From Bacteroidota bacterium (GTDB taxonomy: Bacteria > Bacteroidota > Bacteroidia > AKYH767-A > 2013-40CM-41-45), in the NCBI GenBank assembly GCA_026391945.1, contig JAPLDA010000076.1:13633-77632 (forward strand): 64,000 nt of DNA, written 5' to 3'. The position numbers and the translations under genes are program-made. Position 1 is the first letter of the stretch, and the number at the start of each line of letters is the position of its first letter. The notes beneath the pieces are model-generated. The model saw nothing but the letters and a program-made list of their open reading frames with translations. It did no database searches and was not told the origin of the DNA. Of the stretch, positions 1 to 10,247 are shown piece after piece.

Positions 1-2457
1 TACCACAACGGTATAGGTTGAGTTGGAAAGCGGGCTTACTGAAATGGATGAAGAAGAAGAACCTGTTGGGATCCATGTATAAGATGATCCGCCGCTGGCC
101 GTTAATGTTGCTGATGAACCTGAACAGATATCGGCATTGGAACTCACCACTGCTACCGGTAATGAATTCAGGTTTACATTCACCTGATCGGTGGCCGTAC
201 AGCCGTTCGCATCGGTGATGGTTACTGTATACGTTGTATTAGTTCCGGGGCTGACACTGATGCTGGAAGATGTATAACCTCCGGGGCTCCAGCTGTAACT
301 GGTTCCGCCGACTGCAGTGAGTGTAGCAGCATTTCCGGTGCAGATATTCTGATCAGGACCGGCATTCACTGTCGGAAGGGGATTCACAATAACCGTTACC
401 GCATCAATGGCAATGCAGCCATTTGCATCAGCAACAGTCAGGTTATAGTTTGTCGTGCTTCCGGGTGAAACGGTAATGACAGAAGAAGTATCTCCTGTTG
501 TCCAGTTGTAACTGTTTCCCCCGCTCGCAGTAAGTGTTGCAGAATTCCCTGCGCAGATTGTCTGATCCGGTCCGGCGTTAATGACGGGTACCGGAAAAAT
601 GGTAATCATTCGATATGCTGTGTCGCGGCAACCAAGAGAATCACCGGCTATCAATACGACGTTAAAAGTTCCTGCCGTTGTATAGATATGATTTGGACTC
701 TGTGAATTTGAAAGTGTGCTGTCGCCCAGGTTCCAGTTCCAGAAATTCAGATGTTCACCAAAAGATGAAGTATCAGTAAAATTTACACTTTGTCCAACGC
801 ATGCATTGGGTGCTGAAAACCCGACTACCGGAGGAGGATTGATATCCACAACCTGGACGATCGTGTCATAGCATCCGAGTGTATTGCCTACGATGAGGGT
901 GACGTTATAGTTTCCGGGCGAACTATATAGATGTATAGGATTTTGAATGGTGGATGTTGTACCATCTCCCAAGTCCCAATGCCATTCATTCAAAACACCA
1001 CCAGGTGTGGTCGACTGATCAACGAAATGAATGGATTGGTTCGTACAATTCGAATTGGTAAATGCAAAAGCTGCGGTTGGAGTAAAAGGCGCCGCAACTA
1101 CAACCGTGTCAGTTGCAGAGCAGGTTCCGTCATTCACCGTGACCGTATAGGTTCCTGTACCCACTGTAATGGATTGCATGGTGGAACCGTTACTCCATAA
1201 ATAGGAATAAACTCCTGAGCCACCGGAACCTGTTGCGGTTAACGTGGCCAGGTCGCTGCATGCGATATCCTGGTCAGGTCCGGCATTGGCAGTTATGCCG
1301 ATTACAGTGATGGAGTAAGAATAGATCTGACTTCCTATATAAGGGCAGGCATTGTCTGCAACCCTGACCGTAAAATTATGCGGAGTGGCACTGATGTCCA
1401 TCACGCCTGGAGTCCAGCAAAATGTTCCTGTCGGGTGCGGCCCGCCTGATGTCGTAAATGTTCCGCCGGGAATACCATTGTCCCATGTCACCGTGAGTGT
1501 TTGTCCTGTATCGACGTCATTGGAAAAAATATCGAAACAAAACGGCTGCCCTGCACATACGGTCATGCTGAAATTATTGGTTCCGTTAATTCCGGTGAGT
1601 GTAGGCAAATTGTTATTGCAGTTCATAACGGTTAACTGCATGTCGCGTTCCACGCTGCCGATCAAAACACCATTCCGGTATTCGCTCACGAGTACGGCCA
1701 TGACCGTCACCTGTAGCGCCTGCGGAGTAAGACAAATATCCCCGGTAAACGGGTTGAAGGTCGTTGCAGGAGAAGAGTTCAGCGGGTTTGCGGCATTGTA
1801 AGGAGCAATGTAATGAACCGTGGTTCCGGAAGTTTGTTTCGGAGTTATTAAGGTATACGCCAGTGAATCCCCGTCAGCATCGTATGCTCCATGGTTGAAA
1901 CAATATTGCTGACCGACACAAAGAAACGGCACCGGTTTATTCGAAAATGTAGGGGAGTTGTTGTATGGCGAAACCGTGTTGTTCAGCGTAGCATAAATAT
2001 AAAAAGTGCTTGAACCTGGAGTCGTGATGGTGGTAATCGCAGCATTCCTGCAACATAAATTATAACTGAAAACCCAATCGGTGCATTGCATCGGAAGGGT
2101 GATGATACCATCATATACCCATTCCTGTATTCCGGTAAACGAACCACCGTTACAGGTGGTAACAGAACTGGAACAAGCAGGAGTTATCTCCTGGCCCGTT
2201 CCCGGGCGGGGATAACATGTTACACCAAGGCTCTGTCCGCAGGATGCTGAGTTGATGTTCACAAACGGATTGGTAGGAGCAGGAATACCGATACAGTCCC
2301 TGTAAAATGACAAGGTGATTTTATAGGTATTTCCTCCAAGGCTTTGGTAAGTAAGATCGGCTCCCATCGAGTGACTGGCTTTTGTCTCCTGGACAAAAAT
2401 CACATTCGATAAAAGAATCAGCACTAACCAAATTTTCAGATGTATCGTTCGCTTCAT
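1..2457 (-). CDS. Large secreted cell-surface protein, 3' partial (runs off the window). It has a signal peptide and a Cys-rich N-terminal domain (motifs SFYRDC and LCCRN). Tandem ~80-aa Ig/PKD-like repeats follow (NAGPDQ.IC.G..A.L.A.GG.SY.W ... Y.V.V.D.NGC). Probably T9SS cargo, by analogy with its paralog at 6809..8341.
   Basis: Manual minus-strand translation from the ATG at 2457 gives MKRTIHLKIWLVLILLSNVIFVQETKASHSMGADLTYQSLGGNTYKITLSFYRDCIGIP. This aligns with VTLTFFRDCSPT of the 6809..8341 protein. Repeated NAGPDQ..C.G.AATLTA.GG.SYSW units translate from regions 300-420, 420-600 and 1230-1420. The plus-strand ORFs in this span are only short shadow ORFs. Confidence 0.7.
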   Translation of the reverse strand, partial: MKRTIHLKIWLVLILLSNVIFVQETKASHSMGADLTYQSLGGNTYKITLSFYRDCIGIPAPTNPFVNINSASCGQSLGVTCYPRPGTGQEITPACSSSVTTCNGGSFTGIQEWVYDGIITLPMQCTDWVFSYNLCCRNAAITTITTPGSSTFYIYATLNNTVSPYNNSPTFSNKPVPFLCVGQQYCFNHGAYDADGDSLAYTLITPKQTSGTTVHYIAPYNAANPLNSSPATTFNPFTGDICLTPQALQVTVMAVLVSEYRNGVLIGSVERDMQLTVMNCNNNLPTLTGINGTNNFSMTVCAGQPFCFDIFSNDVDTGQTLTVTWDNGIPGGTFTTSGGPHPTGTFCWTPGVMDISATPHNFTVRVADNACPYIGSQIYSYSITVIGITANAGPDQDIACSDLATLTATGSGGSGVYSYLWSNGSTMQSITVGTGTYTVTVNDGTCSATDTVVVAAPFTPTAAFAFTNSNCTNQSIHFVDQSTTPGGVLNEWHWDLGDGTTSTIQNPIHLYSSPGNYNVTLIVGNTLGCYDTIVQVVDINPPPVVGFSAPNACVGQSVNFTDTSSFGEHLNFWNWNLGDSTLSNSQSPNHIYTTAGTFNVVLIAGDSLGCRDTAYRMITIFPVPVINAGPDQTICAGNSATLTASGGNSYNWTTGDTSSVITVSPGSTTNYNLTVADANGCIAIDAVTVIVNPLPTVNAGPDQNICTGNAATLTAVGGTSYSWSPGGYTSSSISVSPGTNTTYTVTITDANGCTATDQVNVNLNSLPVAVVSSNADICSGSSATLTASGGSSYTWIPTGSSSSSISVSPLSNSTYTVVV

Positions 2458-2742
2458 ATCAACAGGGTTTTTGCGTCTCGTGCAGAGGGTAAACCCGAGA
2501 TTATTATACTTCTGAAAATTACCCTCAGTTAAGCGAGAGAATGTCTGAATATCACATTTGGTAGGCTACCTGTAAGAAGCAGGGGATTTTTTGAGAAGAC
2601 AGATTCAGGTGTCAGGAAAATCCAATGGAAAAGCGATTGCTCAATCAGAAAAATGTTTTTTGACAGGAAGAAAAAATGTAAGCTTGCACTGCAAATAGTT
2701 TTTGAAGATGGAATAAATAATAAATTTTCCAAGTTTCAGAAT

Positions 2743-2792
2743 TTGTTTACACATGGAAGGCAGGTATTCATCATTGAAATTTGATACATTTG
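2743..2792 (+). promoter_or_regulatory. Candidate Bacteroidota sigma-A promoter upstream of tRNA-Pro: a TTG followed by the -7 element TAcaTTTG at 2785..2792.
   Basis: TAnnTTTG match (tacatttg) about 43 nt upstream of the tRNA. The spacing of the upstream TTG is not ideal. Confidence 0.25.
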
Positions 2793-2834
2793 CGTTTGGA
2801 AATCATAAATAAAACCAACATCAGATTCATTCAC

Positions 2835-2908
2835 CGGGGTGTAGCGTAGCCTGGTAGCGCGTCAGCATGGGGTGCTGGAGGCCGTGGGTTCGAATCCCGC
2901 CACCCCGA
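2835..2908 (+). tRNA. tRNA-Pro, anticodon GGG
   Basis: Cloverleaf read by hand: acceptor CGGGGTG/CACCCCG, T-arm GTGGG-TTCGAAT-CCCGC, anticodon stem TCAGC/GCTGG with loop ATGGGGT (anticodon GGG). CCA is not encoded. Confidence 0.8.
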
Positions 2909-2949
2909 CTCCTTAAACCAAAATCTTTCACTTAGCAAACCATTTTTTC

Positions 2950-3678
2950 ATGCATGTACTTTTTACTTCCGGCGGTATCCTGAGTCTTGTCACGTTGGTG
3001 ATGATGGAAATCGTTCTCGGAATAGATAACATCATTTTCATTGCCATCCTTTGCGGGTTTCTTCCGAATAAACAGCAGCAACGGAAAGCCAGAACCATCG
3101 GCCTTTCTCTTGCTTTGATCATGCGGATCCTGTTGTTGTTTACGATCTCCTGGATCGTTCACCTGACGGATGCGTTGTTTCACATTTCAACTTTTGCTGT
3201 CAGCGGTCGCGATATGATTCTTTTTTCAGGTGGAGTTTTCCTGATCTATAAAGCGGTGAAAGAAATCTATCTTAAGCTGCGTGACAAGGAAGGCAGCCAG
3301 AAACCGAAAGAGCGGCAGTTCAGCGTTCGGCAGGCCATCATTCAGATTACACTAATCGATATTGTCTTTTCATTTGATTCCATTTTGACCGCCGTAGGGT
3401 TGAGCAATAACATTCTCATCATGGTTACGGCAGTCACTATTTCCATGTTTGTCATGTTGTTTTTTGCAGGTTATGTGAGTGATTTCATCAATCGATATCC
3501 AACCATCAAGATGCTGGCTCTGGCATTTCTCGTTTGTATAGGATTGTTGTTGTTCTTTGAATCCATTCATATTAAAACGGAAGAATACCGTGGATACCTA
3601 TATGCCGGACTCGCATTTTCACTGGTGGTTGAATTGCTGAACATCCGGTTGAGGAGAATTAAACACCAGTCCATCTGA
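2950..3678 (+). CDS. TerC family integral membrane protein
   Basis: 242 aa, multiple TM helices, N-terminal MMEIVLGIDNIIFIAIL motif typical of TerC/YkoY. Confidence 0.8.
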   Translation: MHVLFTSGGILSLVTLVMMEIVLGIDNIIFIAILCGFLPNKQQQRKARTIGLSLALIMRILLLFTISWIVHLTDALFHISTFAVSGRDMILFSGGVFLIYKAVKEIYLKLRDKEGSQKPKERQFSVRQAIIQITLIDIVFSFDSILTAVGLSNNILIMVTAVTISMFVMLFFAGYVSDFINRYPTIKMLALAFLVCIGLLLFFESIHIKTEEYRGYLYAGLAFSLVVELLNIRLRRIKHQSI

Positions 3679-3724
3679 TCCGATTGATTTATTTTTTTGT
3701 TTCGAATAACTGTACTCTTGCGTA

Positions 3725-4237
3725 ATGAGAATTTACCTGGTAGGATATATGGGCAGCGGAAAAAGCAAGGCTGGAAAGGCATTGGCTGCCGCGATGCGTT
3801 GTAAATTCCTCGATACGGATGCGATGATCGAAGAAAGTGCCGGCATGAATGTTCCGTTGCTGTTTTCCGAAAAGGGAGAAGACTATTTCCGTCGGCTTGA
3901 AAAAAAAATTCTGCGCCTGACGGAACAGCACCCGAACGTCGTGGTGGCTACCGGTGGCGGGCTGCCTTGCTTTCATGATAACATGAACTGGATGAATGAA
4001 CATGGGATTACCGTCTACCTCGAGGCCAATGAAGGATTGCTTTTTCATCGGCTGGCCACATCCAAACAGGAGAGGCCGTTGCTTCAAAACCTGGATGCTG
4101 TATCCCTGATGGAAAAAATCAGCAGGCATTTGACAGAACGAACTCCCGTCTATAACCTTGCAAAAATAAAAATCAATGCCGCCAGTTTAAATGTAAAAGC
4201 ACTGCAACAGAAACTGGCAAAGAAGAAAATGGGTTAA
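3725..4237 (+). CDS. aroK: Shikimate kinase
   Basis: 170 aa, P-loop GYMGSGKS, typical AroK length and motifs. Confidence 0.85.
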   Translation: MRIYLVGYMGSGKSKAGKALAAAMRCKFLDTDAMIEESAGMNVPLLFSEKGEDYFRRLEKKILRLTEQHPNVVVATGGGLPCFHDNMNWMNEHGITVYLEANEGLLFHRLATSKQERPLLQNLDAVSLMEKISRHLTERTPVYNLAKIKINAASLNVKALQQKLAKKKMG

Positions 4238-4740
4238 CTGAGAAAAACAATTCCTTCGCCCTTTTCAAATTCTACCGTCACATGTTCCTGCATGGTGGTG
4301 GCGAGTGAAAGGCCGACGAAATCGGCTGCTACCGGGTAACGCTTATGGTTCCGGTCCACCAGGACAACCGTTCGTATTTTTTTTATGTCAGCGTTTAAGA
4401 AAGGCCGGAGGGAATACATCAGCGTCTTTCCTGAATTCAACACATCATCAACGAGAATAATCACTTTTCCATGGAGTTCATCACGCGTGAGTGTCAACTC
4501 AATTTCCTTTCGTGTCTGGCTGTGTTTGTCAATTGTTACTTCGATGAGCCGGAGGCTGAGCGGTGATATTTTTTTCAGTGCATCCGCAATTTTTCCTGCC
4601 AACACATAACCGTTTTTCGCAATTCCGGCGATGATGATTTCCTGTTCTTCTGCATTGTCTTCATACACCTGGTACGCAATTCGGTTGATGCGTTGCTGCA
4701 CCTGGGATTCCCTGAGTATAACTGTTCCTGCCTGTTCCAT
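4234..4740 (-). CDS. Phosphoribosyltransferase family protein (type I PRTase fold)
   Basis: 168 aa with the PRPP-binding motif VIILVDDVLNSGKT. Overlaps the aroK stop by 4 nt. Confidence 0.7.
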   Translation of the reverse strand: MEQAGTVILRESQVQQRINRIAYQVYEDNAEEQEIIIAGIAKNGYVLAGKIADALKKISPLSLRLIEVTIDKHSQTRKEIELTLTRDELHGKVIILVDDVLNSGKTLMYSLRPFLNADIKKIRTVVLVDRNHKRYPVAADFVGLSLATTMQEHVTVEFEKGEGIVFLS

Positions 4741-4756
4741 TTGATAGCGATATTAA

Positions 4757-5296
4757 TCAATTTATTTTATCCGGGCAACCGGTTTCGATGGTTCCGCCTT
4801 TATAAAAATATTTTTTGTAATAGGGTTCATCGAGGTCGCTGATGATGACGCCTTCATGCACGCTGGCATGAATGAACTTATTGCCGCCGAGGTAAACGCC
4901 CACATGTGAAACGCGTTTTCTCCTGATCCTGAAAAAAACCAGGTCACCTTCCTGCAACTGATTTTTTTTTACCGGCCTGATGTTTTTGTAGATATCCTTC
5001 GAGCTTCCTTCCAGCTCCACATGAAAAACATGTTGGTATAAAACGTTTGCAAAGCCCGAACAATCCACTCCCTTTTTTGAATCTCCGGCATAGCAGTAGC
5101 GCGTCCCCAGCCATTCACCGGCCACTTCAAATAATTTTTCGTGACGGATCGTGTCGATTTCAAACCCAAAAAGGTTGGAGTAGGAGTAACACCATTCGAG
5201 TTGCAGCTGTTCGGAGTCAATCGCCGTCTCCTCCGCCTGAGCAGAACAGGTTTCAAAGGAAACCACCAAAAATAAAACAATTAAAAAACGCGGCAT
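4757..5296 (-). CDS. NlpC/P60 (C40) family peptidoglycan peptidase, secreted
   Basis: Signal peptide, catalytic Cys context DCSGFANVLY, and downstream His in SHVGVYLGGNKFIHAS. Confidence 0.8.
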   Translation of the reverse strand: MPRFLIVLFLVVSFETCSAQAEETAIDSEQLQLEWCYSYSNLFGFEIDTIRHEKLFEVAGEWLGTRYCYAGDSKKGVDCSGFANVLYQHVFHVELEGSSKDIYKNIRPVKKNQLQEGDLVFFRIRRKRVSHVGVYLGGNKFIHASVHEGVIISDLDEPYYKKYFYKGGTIETGCPDKIN

Positions 5297-5306
5297 CAGG
5301 ATGTGA

Positions 5307-6719
5307 TCAGGGTTGGTTTTTCAGCTTGAGCAAGGCAACGTTTTCGACATGCGTGGTGTGAGGAAACATATCAACGGGTTGCAATTTTTCCACCACGTAT
5401 TTTTCACTCATCAGGTTGATGTCTCTTGCCTGCGTGGATGGATTGCAACTGACGTACACCACTCTTGCAGGTTCGAGTTCAACAATTTTTTTTACCACCG
5501 CTTCGTGCATGCCAGATCTTGGAGGATCGGTGATGATCACATCCGGTTTTCCATGTTCACTGATAAAAGAATCGTTCAGTGTGTTTTTGATATCACCTGC
5601 AAAAAATGAAACATTGTTCACGTTGTTGTTCTTTGCATTTTCCTGTGCATCGAGGATGGCATCCGGTATATAATCAATCCCGATCACATGCCTGGCTTGT
5701 TTGGAAACAAAGCAGGCGATGGTTCCGGTTCCCGTGTATAAATCATACACCAGTTCAGTCCCGCGGAGTTCTGCAAATGACCGTGCTGCCTTGTAAAGTT
5801 CATAAGCCTGCAACGAATTCGTCTGGTAAAATGATTTCGCGCTGATCTTAAACCGGTAGCCTTCCATTTGTTCAGTGATGTGATCATGCCCTTTGAAAAC
5901 ATGAACATCAAGATCAAAAAGGGTATCATTTTTTTTAGGGTTGATCATATACAGGAGAGAAGTAACCTGTGGAAACTCCCCGGCGATGTAGTTCATGATT
6001 TTCTCCCGTGATTCTTTTTCATCAGACCTGAAAACAACAATCACCATCCACTCGCCGGTTGTGGATGAACGCAGTACGAGATTCCTGAGATAGCCTTCCT
6101 GCGCCGTTACATCGTTAAAACTGAAATGGTTTTCATTGGCAAAGTTTCTGACACCGTTCCTGATGGTGTTCGTGAGTTCATCCTGGAGAAAACATTTCCT
6201 GATGTCGAGGATTTTATCAAACCTCTGCGGAACATGAAAGCCGATGACGTTTTCTTCCGGTGAAACACCCGCTTCTTTTTCTTCTTTCGTGAGCCAGCGC
6301 TTGTTTGAAAATGTGAAGTCGAGACGGTTGCGGTAGAATTCTGTTTTCGCCGAACCGATGATGGGCGAAACAACAGGAAGTTCAACCTTCCCGACTCGTT
6401 GCAACACATCTTCCACCTGCTTTTGTTTGTAAAACAACTGCTGGCCGTATTCCATCATCTGCCATTTGCATCCTCCGCATATCCCGAAATGTTCGCATGG
6501 CGGATCTACGCGGTGTTCAGATGGTTTCTGAAGTTTAAGGATGCTGGCTTCCGCGAAATTTTTTTTGTTGCGGAATACCCTGATGTCGGCAACATCACCC
6601 GGAACGCCGCGCTCTACAAAAAGTACCAACCCTTCCTGCCTGGCAATCCCCATTCCTTCTGATGCAGCATCTGTGATGGTGACAGATTCCAGGATATCTC
6701 CGTTTCTGATCTTGTTCAT
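5307..6719 (-). CDS. rlmD: 23S rRNA (uracil-5-)-methyltransferase RlmD/RumA: TRAM domain, 4Fe-4S cluster and SAM methyltransferase
   Basis: 470 aa; N-terminal TRAM domain; Cys cluster CEHFGICGGCKWQ; C-terminal methyltransferase motifs (DLYTGTG, DPPRSG). Confidence 0.85.
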   Translation of the reverse strand: MNKIRNGDILESVTITDAASEGMGIARQEGLVLFVERGVPGDVADIRVFRNKKNFAEASILKLQKPSEHRVDPPCEHFGICGGCKWQMMEYGQQLFYKQKQVEDVLQRVGKVELPVVSPIIGSAKTEFYRNRLDFTFSNKRWLTKEEKEAGVSPEENVIGFHVPQRFDKILDIRKCFLQDELTNTIRNGVRNFANENHFSFNDVTAQEGYLRNLVLRSSTTGEWMVIVVFRSDEKESREKIMNYIAGEFPQVTSLLYMINPKKNDTLFDLDVHVFKGHDHITEQMEGYRFKISAKSFYQTNSLQAYELYKAARSFAELRGTELVYDLYTGTGTIACFVSKQARHVIGIDYIPDAILDAQENAKNNNVNNVSFFAGDIKNTLNDSFISEHGKPDVIITDPPRSGMHEAVVKKIVELEPARVVYVSCNPSTQARDINLMSEKYVVEKLQPVDMFPHTTHVENVALLKLKNQP

Positions 6720-6808
6720 ATCATGCGAAAATACTCATCTCATCCGAATAAAATGAACGGATATCATTTCTTAAATTTGATGGATGAAATTTACCGGATA
6801 CGGATGAT

Positions 6809-8341
6809 ATGCTGAGAACTGGGAGAAAACTTTTTTTAGTCATTGCTTTCTTGGTCATGGCCAACGGTGTCTCCGCTACGCACATTGTGGGAGGTGACAT
6901 TGCCGTGAAATGGATGACCGGCAATGACTTCGAGGTAACCCTCACTTTTTTCCGTGACTGCAGCCCGACCTCCGCCGACTTCGACGCCATGGTGGAAGTC
7001 GGAATTTATGACAAGGTTTCGAACGTGATGGCGCTTTCATTCACCATGCCTTTGATTTCACGCGACACTCTACAGTTGGGCGATTCCTGTTTTACGCCAC
7101 AGAATTTATGCGTTGAGAAAGGAATTTTTCAAACGGTTCTTACCATCCCGCCTAACCCGGATGGTTATTACATCGCATGGCAACGCTGCTGCAGGAATTT
7201 CATCATCCTCAATATTCAGAATCCAGGTGCAGCCGGAATGGTCTTCTATGCTGAAGTTCCTGATCCTGCACTGCATGATAACTCACCTGTTTTTGGTTCC
7301 TACCCGAATGCCTACATGTGTGCAGGCGAAGTGAACCTGAAATCATTCGCCTGTTATGATCCGGATGGTGATTCGCTGGCCTATTCGCTGGTGACGCCGA
7401 TGAATGGTTTCACCGATCAAACCAATGTCGGTCAATATCCCGGTGCTGTAGTTCTCACTCCCGGCCCTTATCCCGGCATCGCATGGCAGTCGCCTTACGA
7501 TGCTTTCGATATGATGGGAGGTTCTCCGCCGATGAATATCAATACGAACACTGGGATGATCACCGCTCAGCCGGTGAATCTCGGTGTGTATGTTTTTGCA
7601 GTGAAAGTAGAGGAGTTCAGGAATGGAATGAAGATCGGGGAAGTCCGCAGGGATATACAATACCAGGTTCTGAATTGTCTTCTTATTTCTCCCCCGGTTT
7701 TTTCTTCGCCCGCAGTCACGACTGTTTCTTCATCGACATCGTCACTTGTTTATAACCTCGTTGCAGGCGATTCACTTTCTTTTGATGTCACGGTCACCAA
7801 TAACAATTCAGGTGATACTTTGTTTCTGAACGGATCATCTGAAATTTTTTCATCACAAATCCCGGGAATGCAGGCTTCATTTCGCAACGACAGCGGCCCC
7901 GGAACGGTTCAGCAAAAATTTATTTTGCAAACCGGTTGTGAAGCGATTCGTGAATCGCCTTACCAGGTTGATTTTTACGGCGTCAAACGCACGTGTTATG
8001 GCTTGATGATCACCGCCATTCATGTCGATATTTTTGTAAGGCCACCGCCCGAAGGGATGATCGATTCCCTGCTTCCGAATGTTTTCACTCCGAACAACGA
8101 TGGCGTCAATGAGTTTTTTCATGTCCGTGCCACCGGTGATTTTTGCCAGGATCAGTTCAGGTTCAGGATATACAACAGGTGGGGAACTCTGATGTATGAA
8201 ACAGAAGACTTCCGCTTTGAATGGGATGGGAAAAATAAAAACGGCAACAAACTTCCCGAAGGTGTCTATTATTACCTGATGGATGTTGAATTCAGGCACG
8301 ATTCCATTCATAAAAGAGGACTGATTCACCTGTGTTTATAG
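6809..8341 (+). CDS. Gliding motility-associated C-terminal domain (T9SS type B CTD) protein. Its Cys-rich N-terminal domain is paralogous to the gene at 1..2457.
   Basis: 510 aa; signal peptide; FFRDC and CCRN motifs. The C-terminus NVFTPNNDGVNEFF...WDGKNKNGNKLPEGVYYY matches the type B T9SS sorting domain. Confidence 0.8.
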   Translation: MLRTGRKLFLVIAFLVMANGVSATHIVGGDIAVKWMTGNDFEVTLTFFRDCSPTSADFDAMVEVGIYDKVSNVMALSFTMPLISRDTLQLGDSCFTPQNLCVEKGIFQTVLTIPPNPDGYYIAWQRCCRNFIILNIQNPGAAGMVFYAEVPDPALHDNSPVFGSYPNAYMCAGEVNLKSFACYDPDGDSLAYSLVTPMNGFTDQTNVGQYPGAVVLTPGPYPGIAWQSPYDAFDMMGGSPPMNINTNTGMITAQPVNLGVYVFAVKVEEFRNGMKIGEVRRDIQYQVLNCLLISPPVFSSPAVTTVSSSTSSLVYNLVAGDSLSFDVTVTNNNSGDTLFLNGSSEIFSSQIPGMQASFRNDSGPGTVQQKFILQTGCEAIRESPYQVDFYGVKRTCYGLMITAIHVDIFVRPPPEGMIDSLLPNVFTPNNDGVNEFFHVRATGDFCQDQFRFRIYNRWGTLMYETEDFRFEWDGKNKNGNKLPEGVYYYLMDVEFRHDSIHKRGLIHLCL

Positions 8342-8368
8342 TGGTTTTATCGAGGGGATTCCGTACTT

Positions 8369-9628
8369 TTGCCATACAAAATTGGAGGAAGTTTTATGAA
8401 AACAAGTGTAATGGATAAAACAAATTCGGAGCTAGCCATGGACAGGGAAAACCTGTATGGAGCGCACAATTACCACCCCGTTCCTGTGGTCATTGAGAGA
8501 GGAAGCGGCGTATTTGTCTGGGATGTGGAAGGAAAAAGATATTTTGATTTCCTTTCGGCGTATTCAGCGTTGAACCAGGGACACAATCATCCTGAGATTA
8601 TCCGTGCTTTCATTGAACAGGCAAAAAAACTGACGCTTACTTCCCGCGCTTTTTACAACGATTGTTTGGGCGAATACGAGGAATACATCACACGTTATTT
8701 CGGATACGATAAAGTGTTACCGATGAATACCGGTGCAGAAGGAGTGGAGACGGCCATCAAACTTTGCCGCCGGTGGGCTTATGAGAAAAAAGGAATCCGT
8801 GATAATGAAGCAAAGATTATTGTGTGTGAAGGAAATTTTCATGGAAGAACGATCACGGTTATTTCTGCTTCATCCGATCCTGATTCGTACGGACGGTTCG
8901 GTCCGTTTACTCCCGGATTTGTAAAGATCCCTTATGATGATATCAACGCATTGAAAAAAGCGTTGGAGGATTCCACCGTTGCAGGATTCCTCGTAGAGCC
9001 GATCCAGGGTGAAGCCGGTGTAGTGATACCTTCCGACGGTTATCTCCGTTCTGCTTACGAATTATGCAAAGAAAAAAATGTGCTGTTCATCGCTGATGAA
9101 ATTCAAACGGGACTTGCACGAACGGGAAAAATGCTGGCCTGCGATCATGAAGATGTTCGCCCTGATATTTTGATTTTAGGAAAAGCTTTGTCAGGTGGAA
9201 TGCTTCCGGTTTCGGCCATTCTCGCTGATGATGAAATCATGCTTGGCATCAAACCCGGTCAGCATGGAAGTACGTATGGCGGAAACCCGCTTGCAGCCAA
9301 AGTAGCCATTGCAGCGCTGAACGTTCTCAAAGAGGAACGGCTTGCAGAAAATGCCGAACGCCTCGGGAAAATATTACTGAGCGGGCTGAAAAGTATCCGT
9401 CATGAAATGATCCGGACGGTAAGAGGAAAAGGATTGTTCTGCGCCATGGTGATCAAGTCGTACCATGGCAAAGATGCCTGGGATGTTTGTCTTGCTTTGA
9501 AAGAAAACGGTTTGCTTGCCAAGCCCACGCACGGCGATATCATTCGTTTTGCGCCACCATTGATCATCACCGAAGAACAATTGATGGAGTGCATCAGCAT
9601 CATTAAAAAGACCATCGAAGGTTTTTGA
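8369..9628 (+). CDS. rocD: Ornithine--oxo-acid aminotransferase (class III PLP aminotransferase). The true start is probably the internal Met near 8399 (MKTSVMDK).
   Basis: [13 protein letters not shown]...[11 protein letters not shown]-terminal pattern and a PLP Lys region are typical of OAT. Confidence 0.8.
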   Translation: MPYKIGGSFMKTSVMDKTNSELAMDRENLYGAHNYHPVPVVIERGSGVFVWDVEGKRYFDFLSAYSALNQGHNHPEIIRAFIEQAKKLTLTSRAFYNDCLGEYEEYITRYFGYDKVLPMNTGAEGVETAIKLCRRWAYEKKGIRDNEAKIIVCEGNFHGRTITVISASSDPDSYGRFGPFTPGFVKIPYDDINALKKALEDSTVAGFLVEPIQGEAGVVIPSDGYLRSAYELCKEKNVLFIADEIQTGLARTGKMLACDHEDVRPDILILGKALSGGMLPVSAILADDEIMLGIKPGQHGSTYGGNPLAAKVAIAALNVLKEERLAENAERLGKILLSGLKSIRHEMIRTVRGKGLFCAMVIKSYHGKDAWDVCLALKENGLLAKPTHGDIIRFAPPLIITEEQLMECISIIKKTIEGF

Positions 9629-9636
9629 AATGAAAA

Positions 9637-9665
9637 AGTCCCCCGGTTTCCGGAGGACTTTTTTC
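9637..9665 (+). terminator. Rho-independent terminator after rocD
   Basis: GC-rich hairpin agtcccccgg ttt ccggaggact followed by TTTTTT. Confidence 0.6.
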
Positions 9666-9692
9666 AGAAAGTTAATCCAATCAAAACAAAGT

Positions 9693-10205
9693 TCAGTGAC
9701 AAAGTTCTTTGATGACATCATCCACCATTTTGTCTCCGAGTTTTTTGGCCATCTGTAAATCTTCGCAGGCCGATTCACGTTCTCCTGTGTTGTACTTGGC
9801 AATGGCGCGGTTGTAATAACATTCTTTGTCATCGGGATTCAGGAAAATCGCTTTTCCGTAATCAACGATGGCTCCTTTATAATCTTTCATTTCGAATTTT
9901 GCATTTCCCCGGCTGTAATACAGTTCCACACTTTCTGTGTCTGCCTGTTCGATGAGATCGAAGTTGCTGATCGCGCTGGCATAATCTTTCATTTCGAATT
10001 TTGCAAACCCGAGGTTATACAACGCTTCTGCGTTCTTAGGCTCCAGCGCCAATGCCTGTTCAAAATCTTTTGCTGCTCCGGCAAAATCTTTTACACTTTC
10101 TTTCTGGTTGCCGCTTTTAATCAGGTCACCCGCGGTTTTCTGACCGAATGAAGAATGACAAACAAACAGGATGGATAAGAATGCGATTGATTTTTTGATA
10201 GTCAT
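9693..10205 (-). CDS. Secreted tetratricopeptide-repeat protein
   Basis: 170 aa, signal peptide, three or four TPR units (ALYNLGFAKFEMKDY, ELYYSRGNAKFEMKDY). Confidence 0.7.
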   Translation of the reverse strand: MTIKKSIAFLSILFVCHSSFGQKTAGDLIKSGNQKESVKDFAGAAKDFEQALALEPKNAEALYNLGFAKFEMKDYASAISNFDLIEQADTESVELYYSRGNAKFEMKDYKGAIVDYGKAIFLNPDDKECYYNRAIAKYNTGERESACEDLQMAKKLGDKMVDDVIKELCH

Positions 10206-10247
10206 AGGAAAGGTTGTTTTGAATGAATCATTGAATACACGTGCTGC

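Noticed and set aside
18-1801. Plus-strand ORFs 18..218, 931..1200, 1352..1801
   Set aside because: They lie antisense within the large minus-strand surface-protein gene, whose translation is coherent and repeat-structured. They are shadow ORFs.
2458-2834. Long 5' intergenic region upstream of the giant surface-protein gene, checked for a riboswitch or small RNA
   Set aside because: No conserved riboswitch core recognised. Contains only A/T-rich promoter-like sequence and the candidate tRNA-Pro promoter.
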